Shown: positions 52,401 to 64,000 of the stretch, piece after piece
Numbering within the stretch: position 1 is the first letter of the stretch
Layout of the letters: each line of letters begins with the position of its first letter
NCBI RefSeq assembly: GCF_964204645.1
Contig: NC_134034.1
Coordinates: 434,001 to 498,000 of the forward strand
Origin: Tubulanus polymorphus
Lineage: Eukaryota; Animalia; Nemertea
Reading direction: 5' to 3'
DNA: 64,000 nucleotides
Notes under the pieces: generated by a model
The model's input: only the letters and a program-made list of their open reading frames with translations
Databases searched by the model: none
What the model was told of the DNA's origin: nothing
Position numbers and translations under genes: made by a program

Positions 52401-55400
52401 AAAGATGTCTACCTCCATAAATCCCCCTATGACATCATCTAATTGTCTACTACTGATTTGATCTATAGACCCTTCTAGTGTCTGCCTTCATAAATCCCCC
52501 TATGACATCATCAAATTGTCTACTACTGATTTGATCTATAGACACTTCTAGAAAAGATGTCTGTCTAAATAAATCCCCCTATGACATCATCTAATTGTCT
52601 TCTAGTGATAAGATCTATAGATACTTCTAGAAAAGATGTCTGCCTCTATAGATCCCCCTATGACATCATAATGGTTGTAAGTTATCTATTACAGATTGGT
52701 AGTAGAAGCAGTGTTTATTCACCGGTCAGTCGAGTCAGGAAAACTGGGTCGTTCATTTACGAGGATTTCATGCCGACAGACGGAACCGACGTAAAGGTAA
52801 AAACCGGATTCGGACTTCATCTCTCGTACTAGAGCCAGTTCTACAGTCCAGTACCAAGTTCTAGTGATTGAACTGCAGTAGCTGTTGAAGCTGGTAATAA
52901 TTGAACGGTTTCTCGGTTACAGGTATATACAGTAGGACCGGAATACGCTCACGCCGAGGCTCGTAAATCTCCGGCCCTCGACGGTAAAGTCGAACGCGAC
53001 CACAACGGGAAAGAGGTTCGTTACCCGGTGATACTCAGCGGACCGGAGAAAACAATGGCGCGTAAAGTCAGCCTCGCTTTCACTGTAAGTACTACGACAT
53101 CTAGGGAAGGGTTGATTAAGAGCAAGTGTCTATATATGTCTCTCTCTCTCTGCGTTTCAGCAAACAGTTTGTGGTTTTGATTTACTACGAGCGAACGGAG
53201 AATCGTTTGTCTGCGACGTCAACGGTTTCAGCTTCGTTAAAAACAGTCAGAAATATTACGACGACTGCGCAAAAATTCTCGGGTGAGTTGAACATTCTCA
53301 AGTGAGAGTTTAACATTAATCAGGTGAGAGTTGAACATTAATCAGAGGAGAGTTGATGATTCTTGGGTGAGAGTTGAAAATTCTCGGCTGAGTTTCACTT
53401 TGATTAAGCCACTAGTAGAACTGTTATTGTTAAGGCATTGATTTGATTTTTAGGAATATGGCAATGCGTAAAATGGCGCCACAATTATCGATACCATGGT
53501 CAATAACGTTTCAGCCGGAGGATATACCTATAGTACCGACTACTTACGGCACAATGTACGTCTCAAATATCAATATCGAATCTCAAAATGTGACGAGTAG
53601 TTTTAAGAATTTGATATTTTACCCGTTACATTGTGGTGATATTTCAGGATGGAATTGCGTTGCGTAATCGCTGTTATACGTCACGGAGATCGAACCCCGA
53701 AACAGAAAATGAAAATGGAGGTCAAGCATAAAAAGTGAGTGAAATATAACACGATGGCGCCACTTACCCGGTGATCAGGGAGAAGTTCGGGAATCTTTCT
53801 TTTCATTAATTAAAGTCTGGGAATTTTGTAGAAAAGCTGAAAATCAGAGAAATTTGTTGAAATCATGGGTGAAATCAAACAGTATCCATTTATGTTTTTA
53901 TATTTGTGTTAATTGATTGGATTCTGAGTAGATCAGGGAAAACAATGTGGATGTCAGGGAATAATCGAGTCGAAATAAAGTGGCCCCCAAACCGGGTCCT
54001 ACTGGTCGTGATTGTTGATGTTTTGTAATTTTTGCTTTTTCTCGATAGATTTTTCGAACTATTCGAAAAATATGACGGCTACAAGAACGGCCATCTTAAA
54101 CTGAAACGGCCGCGTCAGTTACAGGAAGTACTCGATATCGCTCGGTCGTTGCTAGCGGAGATCGATCAGAACTCGGCTCCGGAGATTGAAGAGAAACGAT
54201 CGAAACTCGAACAGTTAAAGGCCGTTCTAGAAATGTACGGACATTTCTCCGGAATCAATCGTAAGGTGCAGTTAAAATATCAACCACAAGGTCGTCCGCG
54301 AAGGTCATCCAGTGACGACGGTACGTTGTATTTCACATGAATCCCCCTATGACATCATCGAACTGATACTAGCCTTTGTACTATTTATCCATCTAGAAAA
54401 GATGTCTGCCTTCATGAATCCCCCTATGACATCATCAAATTGACTAATAATGATTTGATCTGCCCTTCTAGGAAAGATGTCTGCTAGCATACATCCCCCT
54501 ATGACATCATTAACAAATAGGCAACTTTGCAATTTGATTTATACTGGTGTAGTAGATCTTTAGACCCATACCGGTCTATCGATGATGTCATAGGGGGTAT
54601 TTAATGCCGGATTTTAGTGTATTCTACTATTTTACAGACAACACTATTTGGTGGAGCAGTACTAGTGATGATGGTATGTCTATTGTCTCCGCTGCAATCA
54701 ATCAAAACTCAACCGAATAAACAACAATCACTTTTTTTCGATCTTCGCTTTGCGTGCTTTTTATTTTATCGATCCTAAAAATTCAGTCAATTTTCTTTCT
54801 TAAATCTAGACCTGGTTTTAGAGAGATTTTACGGACAGTAGCCTAACTAAAATAGATCTAAATTCAAGAGCTTTGTACCCCCTCCTCTGATCATCATTAT
54901 CACAGGATTTGATCTTTCTTGTAGTGGAACTAGTGTTCTACTGTTGAGCTCAGTATGGGCCAGTCGTCAATAACTAGAATATGCTTAAACTGGTCTTCAA
55001 TCTAAACCTGACTGTGCAACTGATGTGAAATTCAGATACTTAGATTAAATCTTGACTTCCGAACCCGAGTCAATTGCTCAAAAGTTGCTTAACCATCAGA
55101 CCGAAGTTACCCCTTGGAGTAAACCCTTTAACCAGGGCCAATTTTTCATAACTCAATCTTGAGTGAGTTCCACAAATACCATTGTTGCAATGCTATTTCA
55201 ATCATTACTATGGCATTTATACACTTGTTAAATTTAACCAACTTTTGAGCAACTGCAGCGCCCCCTGCGTGACAACCACAAACACCGTAGCGTAACAATG
55301 ATAAACTATGGTTATAATTGATGATTCCCAGAGATTATTTTGGCCAGATATCCATTCAGTTTTAATCAGTTTTATCCCCTGGTTTAATTCGAACCCGTTT

Positions 55401-58400
55401 TTGAGAGTAACTGATTCTAATTTCGAGAGTGATATTTCTATGTATTTCAGATTCTCCTCGTGAGCCGTCGTTGGTATTGATATTGAAATGGGGCGGTGAA
55501 TTAACGCCGGCCGGACGCGTACAAGCTGAAGAACTGGGCAAAGCGTTTCGTTGCATGTACCCTGGCGGTGAGGGTAAGAATTAATAGACATATATCATAC
55601 CGTTTACGCATTGCCACATTGTTATCGCTACGGCAACCGGCATATTTATTTAAACGGAAAGTTGCGGTCCACGGCACACGAGAGTACAAGAGGTCAGTTT
55701 CACCTTGGAATTATCAAATGATTACTCCAAGGCTTCACAGACGAGATTTAACACCGGTTTAAGCTCATTTTAGTTCTACGGCCAGTCTAACGACGTTAAG
55801 ACCAGTCTAAACATAGTTTTCTTACTAATCTTACAAATTCAGACCAGTGAAACATGTGTTGGACTGTGAATCGACCCCTCTCCGTTGTGCTGTGGGTTTT
55901 TTGAAGTTCCTCTATGCCGGTTGTCGTCTAATAAAGCACTTTCTACTAGTGTGTGATGATTTCTCTAATAAGCACTGCCGCCGGAGATGATGATGGCTGA
56001 CATCTTGTTTTTGAAGTTTTGCCCCATTACACTAAGACTTCACCAGTCTTTTCTGCAATGCAACTAATAGTCACATCTTCCTTACTAGATCTGTTGCTTT
56101 CTATTCAAATATTTGACTGGGGGGGGGGGGGGTAAGGGTAAGGGGAGAGGTAGTAGCATCACTAAGTGAAGACTTAGATTTAAGACTAGTCGTAGTCTGT
56201 CATGATCTAATGTGGCACTTAGGGCCTAGTTGCACAGTCTTGACTTAAAGTCCAAAATGGTCTTGAAATCTTAAGACCTGTCTTAAGTTCCTAGATTAGG
56301 TATAGAAGTAAGACTGTCTTAGACTGGAGTTAAATCCCGTACAGCTGAGCCCCTGAATTCAAGATTTTAAGTCTATTCAAAATCTGAAACCAGAACTAGA
56401 AATGAGAAATGCAGAAACAGTTTGGCAATGTTCAAGAATTGATATTGTCTGTTAAAATTCTTTTGAAAAAAGTGTTTCTTTTATTCGAAATGTTTTGCAT
56501 GAATTACGCTATCGTTGTTACTCGCTGCTCCCTGGCAAACTGAAACTATTAAATACTCGCTGCTCCCTGATACTTATATTAATGAAAGTGTTATTGGTGG
56601 AATGGAATAGTTTGAATTTAAAATCTTTAGATTCTGCCGATGAATTGATAGCTGGACGTATTTAAAAAAAAGTTTTTTTTTGGGAGCGCGGCCTTCAGTT
56701 ATCCATGATTTAGTGTTGGATTTATCGTTTTATCACAGGCGACTACGGACATTCTCCGGGACTCGGGTTGCTACGGTTACACAGTACGTATCGTCACGAT
56801 CTGAAGATTTACGCGTCCGACGAAGGTCGTGTTCAGATGACCGCAGCAGCATTCGCGAAGGTAATCATCATCATTTCTCCGCTCGCCGGGAGCGGTCAGT
56901 AGCATGCAAACTGGTGCCACCTGGTGGATCCCCACTTGCCTCAAGTGGAATCCTCTATTGCCGCAGTAGTTGATGTCCTACTGCACACTAGCGACACCTG
57001 GTGGATCCTCACTTGCCACACGTGGAATCCTCTATTGTCGCAAATGTTGATATCCTACTGCACACTAACGACACCTGGTGGATACTCTATTGCTTGATTG
57101 GTGGATCTCTCTCTGATTGGAGTGTTTGTATTATTTTGCAGGGTTTGCTCGCTCTCGAAGGTGAATTGACTCCGATTCTAGTTCAAATGGTAAAATCAGC
57201 GAACACGAATGGTTTACTGGACAACGACAATATCAGTTTATCTAAATATCAGAATCAGTAAGTTCTTCCACTAACGAGATACACAGCAGGTAGTGGACGG
57301 GAAAGTGGAAATTTGTTTAAATATGTCATCCATTTCCGGGTATTATTTCGTTTTAAGTGAATTGAGAGAAAGAAAAAGTTGCGATTTTTGGAAAAATAAA
57401 ATTGTCGTTTCTACATAAATTTGTGAATAATTTCAGAACGGATGATAATAGATTCATGTATGTATCTAGAATGCACTTGATTCTCATTAGAGATTTGTTA
57501 AGGATGTGTAGTGATAGGGGAATGGGGGAGGGGGTGTATAGATTGGGAGTGTGGGGAGTAGTGATAGGGAAGAGGAGTGTGGAGTAGTGATATGGGGAAT
57601 GGGGGAAGGGAGGATTGATGGGGAGTGGGGGAGTAGTGACAGGAGTGGGGGGAGTAGTGAAAGGGGAGCCAACACAGATCTCCTATAAGTCTCTAGTGAG
57701 GATCGTAATCTTTATAGGAATATCTCAGCAAACTGATTGATGCAATGCATGAGAAACTGGGTCCTGACAAGATGGCCGCTTCCTTAGAATCCCCCTATGA
57801 CATCATACTGGTCGAAGCAATAATTGTAATTCATAATTTCAATGGTATTCTAAGGTATTTTGATGATGATGTCATTGGGGGGATTTATGGTGGCAGTTAT
57901 CTTTTCAGGAATTTGATAATGTTGATGTCATAGGTGGATTTTATGCGGGCAGCCATCTTGTCTGGAAGGCGGGGTCTAGTGCATTTTACTTGTACCGGTA
58001 TTGTACGTCTGCGTGAAACAGAACTATTGTATTTCTACGCCAAAAAAATATCTGAGAAAAGACTTTCGAAAAATGCTAAAATGCTTGTTATTTTCTTGAT
58101 GCAGCGCGAGCAGACGTTCGTCAGCGGACGTGAAAATTGTTTCCAGAAATTTAAGATCATTCAGGCCCTTTTTAATTGTGCTCTCCTAAAATAGAAATAA
58201 TTTAATATCACTTTCAATTATACTGTGTTCGAAAGTTTTGGCCCTAAATCTTACTGTTTCTGGTCGCAACAGAAATTTCCCATGGAGAATAATCTTCTGT
58301 TCGAGCCCAATTGAAAAGTGCCTTAATTATTTGCATGTGTACAAGAAATTCTGCTTGTCTATGTGTTTCATCCATTGAGTCATGGCCCCGGGTCACGGCC

Positions 58401-61400
58401 CGCGGATCGCGATGGGCAATGATTTTCAAGGCAATTTTCTGTTTTATTCAGAGCTAAAGAAACTCTACGCGAGATGCTTCACGTTGATAGTGATTTCAGT
58501 AATAAACAGTCGTATGATAAGGTTTGTATTGTTCGAGATACACAGCTCAGTTAAACAGTCATTAAGACTTCTGTGCAAAAGATGTCTTTGAATCTTAAGA
58601 CTGGTTTCTCTAAGTTGTTAGATTAACTATAGAACTAGGTTGAGCTTAGACTGGTGTCTCTTAAGTTGTTAAATTAACTATAGAACTAAGATGAGCTTAG
58701 ACTGGTCAGAATATTAATTATTCAACCGGCAAGAGCTCCCTTTTAGATCGACAGTTCAAGTAAAGTTCATTTAGAACCGTAAGAGATTGAAATATGTGTT
58801 GTTTTGTTTTTCAGTTGGCCCCGACCGGTAGCATGGCTCTCATCAACGCTATGCAGTTCGTTAAGAATCCGTTCCAGGCTTGTAAACTGCTTTATGAGTT
58901 AATACGAAAACTGAACGCTAGAATCCGCACTTTAAAACAAGACCCAGCCAGTAGAGGTGAGTACAGGGGGCCAGCCAGTACCAGTGAGTAAGGGTTAGTA
59001 TAGGGGTCAGCCAGTAGAGGTTAGTGGGAGTGTTGGCCAGCCAGCAGGGGTTACTACACAGGGTCAGCCAGTCAGGGTAGTGGTAAGTACTGGGGGTCAG
59101 CCAACTAGTAAGGTTTAGTACTTTGGGTTTATTCAATAATTGGTAAAAAAAAGTTGAAACAATTCATCTGTTCGTTCTCTAACATTAATCTGAAAAAAAT
59201 AGATATCTCACTGTTGTCGATGTTTATTTGCACAGATCTGAAACTGTATCACGGTGAAACCTGGGAACTGATGACTCGTCGATGGAGTAAACTAGAGAAA
59301 GATTTCATGCAGAAAAACAATCGTTTTGCAATCTCTAAAATTCCCGATATTTACGATTGTATAAAATACGATCTGCAGCACAATCAATCAGTTTTACAGT
59401 TCGATCAGGCAGATGAACTACATACGTATTCTAAAGCATTAGCTGATCTTATCATTCCACAGGTACATTACTAATTCCCTCTCTCCTCCTCCCCTCCCCC
59501 TCCTCTCACTCCCCTTTCCCTCCTCTCTCCTCCCTCCTCTCATTCCCCTCCCCCCTCCTCTCCCCTTCCCCTCTCTCTCCCCTTCCCCTCTCTCTCCCCT
59601 TCCCCTCCTCTCTCCCCTCCTCTCACTCCCCTCCCCCTCCTCTCACTCCCCTCCCCCTCCTCTCACTCCCCTCCCCCTCCTCTCACTCCCCTCCCCCTCC
59701 TCTCACTCCCCTCCCCCTCCTCTCACTCCCCTCCCCCTCCTCTCACTCCCCTCCCCTCCTCTCACTCGCCTCCCCCTCCTCTCACTCCTCCCTCCTCTCA
59801 CTCCCCTCCACCTCCTCTCACTCCCCTCCCCCTCTCGCCGAAAAACTGCATGAATGTTGCCAGTTTCATAGGCAACATTTTAATAGTTAGTTTATTTTGT
59901 ATTGTTTTGATTTTCCGTACAGGAATACGGGGTCACAATGGAACAGAAAATACAAATAGCTCAAAGTATTTGTACGCCATTACTGCGTAAAATAAAGGGT
60001 GATTTACAGAGAAATATTGACGAGGAAAGCACTAGACTGGACACAAGGTAGGCTCCTAGAATATATAAATCATGGATCCGTCTCGGTATTGAGTGGTTGG
60101 CTCCGTGTGGATTTGATTTCCGCGTCTGCTCAAGTTGTTTCTATGTATTAATGTATATTTGTATGATTGTACAGGTATTCTACGAGCGTACTGACTCCCG
60201 GCAGACACGTTCGAACGCGGCTGGCGTCTGCTCAAGTTGTTACTCCAGGCAGACACGTTCGAACGCGGCTGGCGTCTGCTCAAGTTGTTTCTATGTATTA
60301 ATGTATATTTGTATGATTGTACAGGTATTCTACGAGCGTACTGACTCCCGGCAGACACGTTCGAACACGCCTATATTTCACCAGTGAATCACATATACAT
60401 TCATTACTGACTCTCATCAGATACGGAGGATTGTGCAATAACCAGGTGAGTGCTTTTAGAATTACTCGGATAAAACCTGTCTATCGGCAAACATCCACCA
60501 GCAGAGAGTGGGAGGGAGAGGGAGAGGGAGAGTCAGGAGAGGGAGAGGGAGAGTCAGGAGAGGGAGAGGGAGAGTCAGGAGAGGGAGAAAGGGATAGGTA
60601 GAGGGAGAGCCAGGAAAGGGAGGGGAGAGCGGGAAAGGGAGAGAGGGAAGAGGGGCAACAATTTGAACACTTCTCTGACTCTCCTAGTACATACTCAGGG
60701 TGGCGCCACTTACCTGGAAATTAGAGAATAGTCAGGAAATTTTATTTTCTTTAAAAAAGTCCGGGAATTTTGTTTAAAACAGCAAAAAAAACAAGTGAAA
60801 TATGTGGAGATTGACGAATCAGACGTAAACTCAAACAGTTTCCATCTATGTGTTACGTATTTGACTGCGTTAATTGTTTGGATTCTTAACAGATTGAGTC
60901 AGGGAAAAACAACATGTCAGGGAATAGTCAAATAATAGTGGCCATCCTGATGGATAATGATTAGATGGAGGTTTTCATTGACCTTCATAAACGTCCCTGA
61001 ACTTTTCGAAGATGTTTATTTATATTTGAATGTAGAATGATCCTCAGTGGTTGAGAGCTATGGATTACGTGAGTGCGACCTCAGAGTTGAACTATATGAC
61101 TCAAATTGTTATCATGATGTATGAAGATCCAAATAAGGTCGGTTTATTAAAATGATTATCTAATTATTAATTCAATTAATTAATATTTTATTTGTTTAGT
61201 AATTCTGTATTGTTTGTTTCTAGGATCCGTCGTCGGATGACCGGTTCCACGTGGAATTACACTTCAGTCCCGGAGCTCAAACTTGTGAAACGGATCCGAA
61301 ATATCCGCTCGGGTTCGGATATCGACCTCAAGGGATCGATCGCGGCAAGGTACGTCACAATTCCACTGTGGAACTCAACCCAGTTCCACTACGGAATTCA

Positions 61401-64000
61401 ACCCAGTTCCACTGTGGAACTGAGTCCAGAACTGTGGAACTGGATCCAGAACTGCAGAACTGGATCCAGAACTGTCTGACTGGGTTCAGAATTGTGGAAC
61501 TGGGTTCAGAATTGTGGAACCGGGTCCAGAACTGTGGAACTGAGCTCAGAATTGTCGAACTGGATTCAGAACTGTGGAACTGGATTCAGAACTGAGGAAC
61601 TGCTCTTAAAATAAAATTCATATCAGTTTTATTTCTGATTTTCTATAAAAAGCGAACGACATCGAAATCATCTCAATCAAATCAGAACGCTTCCACTTGT
61701 AAAGACTCATCGGATATAAAGAAAGTCCGGATAATCTCTCCGTCTGTTACTCCAGACGATGACTCCGACGTTACTAGCGCCGCTGCTGCTATAGATGATG
61801 ACGATCCAGTTGATGATGATGATAGTGATGATGATGAAGGCCCAGAGGTGGCGCCTATTGCAACCCCGCCCAGTAAGTAAAGTGTGAAACTGTGCACTCT
61901 AAATTCACCCTTTTTGGTTCATCTTAGATTTCTCAAAATTTTTTCAAAATTCAAAATCTAAATGGGTTATGCGTATTTCAGGGAGTCCGCCAGTTTTATT
62001 CTCGGAGACTAGCCGTGATATTCTACTTGGATCCGGGCCAGCTGGATCCACGGGGCCAGCTGGATCCACGGGGCCGGTGTGTCGTAGCATAGCAGAACAT
62101 TCCGAAACTAATGTCGTAAGTTATGCTTTATCAATTCCTACTTATCTCGATCAGCTTATCATTCATTTTAATATCTTATCATTCATCTTTCTGTCTTATC
62201 TCTTATCAATCAAATCTTTCTCCTATCCTCTCACAACATGGATCCAAATCTGCTCTGCTTTTATGAAGTCTTTTTCAGAAACGTTTATTTGGGAAGTTTT
62301 GTTCCTATCATTTTGCTAAAAGTTCTCAACTCAGTTCCACAGTTCTCATTGGACACACCGGGTCCTGGTTGTACGCACCGGGTCCTGGTTGTAAGCACTG
62401 AGTCCTGGGCTTTTAGTCATATTTCAGTCTTTGTTTTGAATTGAGGTTTAATCATAGATTTTCATGCGTTCAGGGAAATGTTTTATTTAGTTTTTGATTT
62501 TGACTGTTGTTTTGTTGTTGAGACTGACCACAGTTTATTGAGATTACTGACACGCATAACACAATCCCTGCCCTCCTCACTCCTCCCTGCCCACTCCACC
62601 TCCCTGCCTCCCTCCCCACTCCACCTCCCTGCCTCCCTGCCCACTCCACCTCCCTGCCTCCCTCACCGGAGGATGAGCGCAGTTAAACCATCGTCTTTCC
62701 AGGAGCCACTGAACTCAAACGTGGAATCCCCGCAGCCCGGAAATCAGATGGTTGTTGATATCGATCTCGTTCCCGATGAAGCTTTCAGAGAATTTGCACG
62801 CCTGCTCGTTGATGAATGCGTGTCAAGGTCATTGAAAAATTATGAAATGGAATCCGTCTGCCGGATGCATGTAACAAATACCAGTAGTGACAATCGAGAC
62901 GATACCGAGCTGAGTTTGAAAGCAGCTGAAATTTTTGACGTCGAAAACATAGAATTCACAGACGTGGGCTGCATTACGGACTGCGTTCCGGACTACGTTC
63001 CGGACTGCGTTTTGGATTATTTCCAGAAATCCGAAGTTCGTCTGATTCGTAGCGCATCATGTGACATCGTATTCAGCAGTTCATCATCGAATTCTTCGGG
63101 AAATCCCGCGACACGTCTGTCTACATCGGTAACCACGGTTACAGCTGACTGCTGGAGCGACGCGACTGATCGCACAAAATCAACAAAATTAAAACAATTC
63201 GCGTCGGATTTAGGTATCGTCACAACAGCATCTGGTCGTCGTAGTAACGACATGAACGTGTCTAATTCGTCGGATTTGATGGCGACTGACGGTAGAGTCG
63301 ACTCCTCGTCGCGACTCCGGGAGTCGTGGAAGGAATTCGTGGAGAAATACAACGCGACCGCCGGACGGAAATCAGAAGCAGACGACGGAGACATCAGCTG
63401 CTGCAGCGACGACTCGTTCTACGACGCTCTTCGTCCGGAGGATTGCGACTGGTTTCAGAGAATCACTCGTTTAAAAACGGCCGCGCTACGCGAGACTGAG
63501 GCTGCCGCCGCGGTCGCCGTGGCAACATCGGCGAAAAAACAACGACGATTGTTGAAGATACGAAAAAAATGTCGCTGCGAATCGACGAAAAAAATCTCCG
63601 ATTCGCAAGATTCGTTCAGCGAAGGCTTCTACGAATCATCGGTTAGTCCGAGTAGCTGCGATTGGTACCACCAGGGGGCGTTGAAACCGGCGTCCGAGTC
63701 GAGTCGTTTTAATTTCGCCGTCGATTTTCATCAACTCGGCGTCGAATTAGACATCGTCGATAGCGACCCGGAGATCGTAACCATAGCGACGGCAGATGGA
63801 CGGAGTTTACATCGAGTGAGCGCTCACGAGGAACTCATCGTCGACGATGACAGCTCCGATCCGTTATCTCTAACGAGTCTATTCCTGGACGGTGGCGCCA
63901 TCGGTGGCGGGAAAACGACGAACGACGACGGTTTCAAACTTCATAAAACGCGAAGCGTCGAAAAACTTTTCAATTTGATCGAAAACGAAACGAATTCGAA
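49422..64000 (+). CDS. PPIP5K: PPIP5K/VIP1 inositol hexakisphosphate and diphosphoinositol-pentakisphosphate kinase (ATP-grasp kinase plus histidine acid phosphatase), 3' incomplete
   Basis: Exons 49422-49493, 50026-50324, 51602-51687, 52150-52316, 52695-52796, 52923-53084, 53161-53282, 53454-53555, 53648-53734, 54049-54320, 55451-55573, 56739-56860, 57142-57257, 58452-58521, 58815-58956, 59236-59462, 59923-60047, 60325-60445, 61036-61137, 61224-61349, 61653-61872, 61982-62115, and probably 62523-end. Motifs [74 protein letters not shown]. Confidence 0.95.
49565..49990 (+). repeat. 21-25-bp G-rich minisatellite in PPIP5K intron 1
   Basis: gtagatcccggttgaggggctga units. Confidence 0.95.
50338..51575 (+). 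repeat. 44-bp minisatellite (~28 copies) filling PPIP5K intron 2
   Basis: Unit gatatcagttttaaaagtgtccccggtgatgagagagtgttgtc(ga); near-identical copies. Confidence 0.97.
51706..52118 (+). repeat. 20-bp minisatellite (~20 copies) filling PPIP5K intron 3
   Basis: Unit gagtaccct(a/t)atacatcctca. Confidence 0.97.
59475..59836 (+). repeat. Polypyrimidine ~20-bp tandem tract
   Basis: (tctcactcccctccccctcc)n. Similar purine/pyrimidine tracts at 35320-35690, 43525-43795, 57510-57670 and 60505-60655. Confidence 0.9.
61360..61600 (-). repeat. 20-bp MITE-terminus-like minisatellite in a PPIP5K intron
   Basis: gaactgtggaactggatcca units, the reverse complement of the 44228-44893 unit. Confidence 0.9.

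Overview
Eukaryotic, animal (invertebrate bilaterian-like) genomic DNA with spliceosomal GT-AG introns; the species cannot be identified from the sequence alone. Splicing by eye gives six conserved genes. They are an MFSD6-like transporter (-, frameshifted by a 4-bp duplication), a CaSR/mGluR-like class C GPCR (-, with a tRNA-Asp antisense in an intron), MON2 (-, only one intron), SNX13 (+, 22 coding exons), GPR155/LYCHOS (-, 15 coding exons) and PPIP5K/VIP1 (+, runs off the window). MON2/SNX13 and GPR155/PPIP5K are head-to-head pairs. The most novel candidates are (1) a two-exon gene for an 80-aa secreted 8-cysteine peptide lying tail-to-tail with the GPCR, and (2) a >1.4-kb open exon in the PPIP5K tail carrying an AKAP-like PKA-anchoring helix and a FFAT-like motif. 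(3) Splice-junction sequence is repeatedly tandem-duplicated, including a 42-bp acceptor+ATG array at the SNX13 start. (4) CWG-targeting PIF/Harbinger-like MITE ends have seeded minisatellites. Exon coordinates were read manually and checked for phase consistency. No database search was possible, so family assignments rest on remembered motifs.
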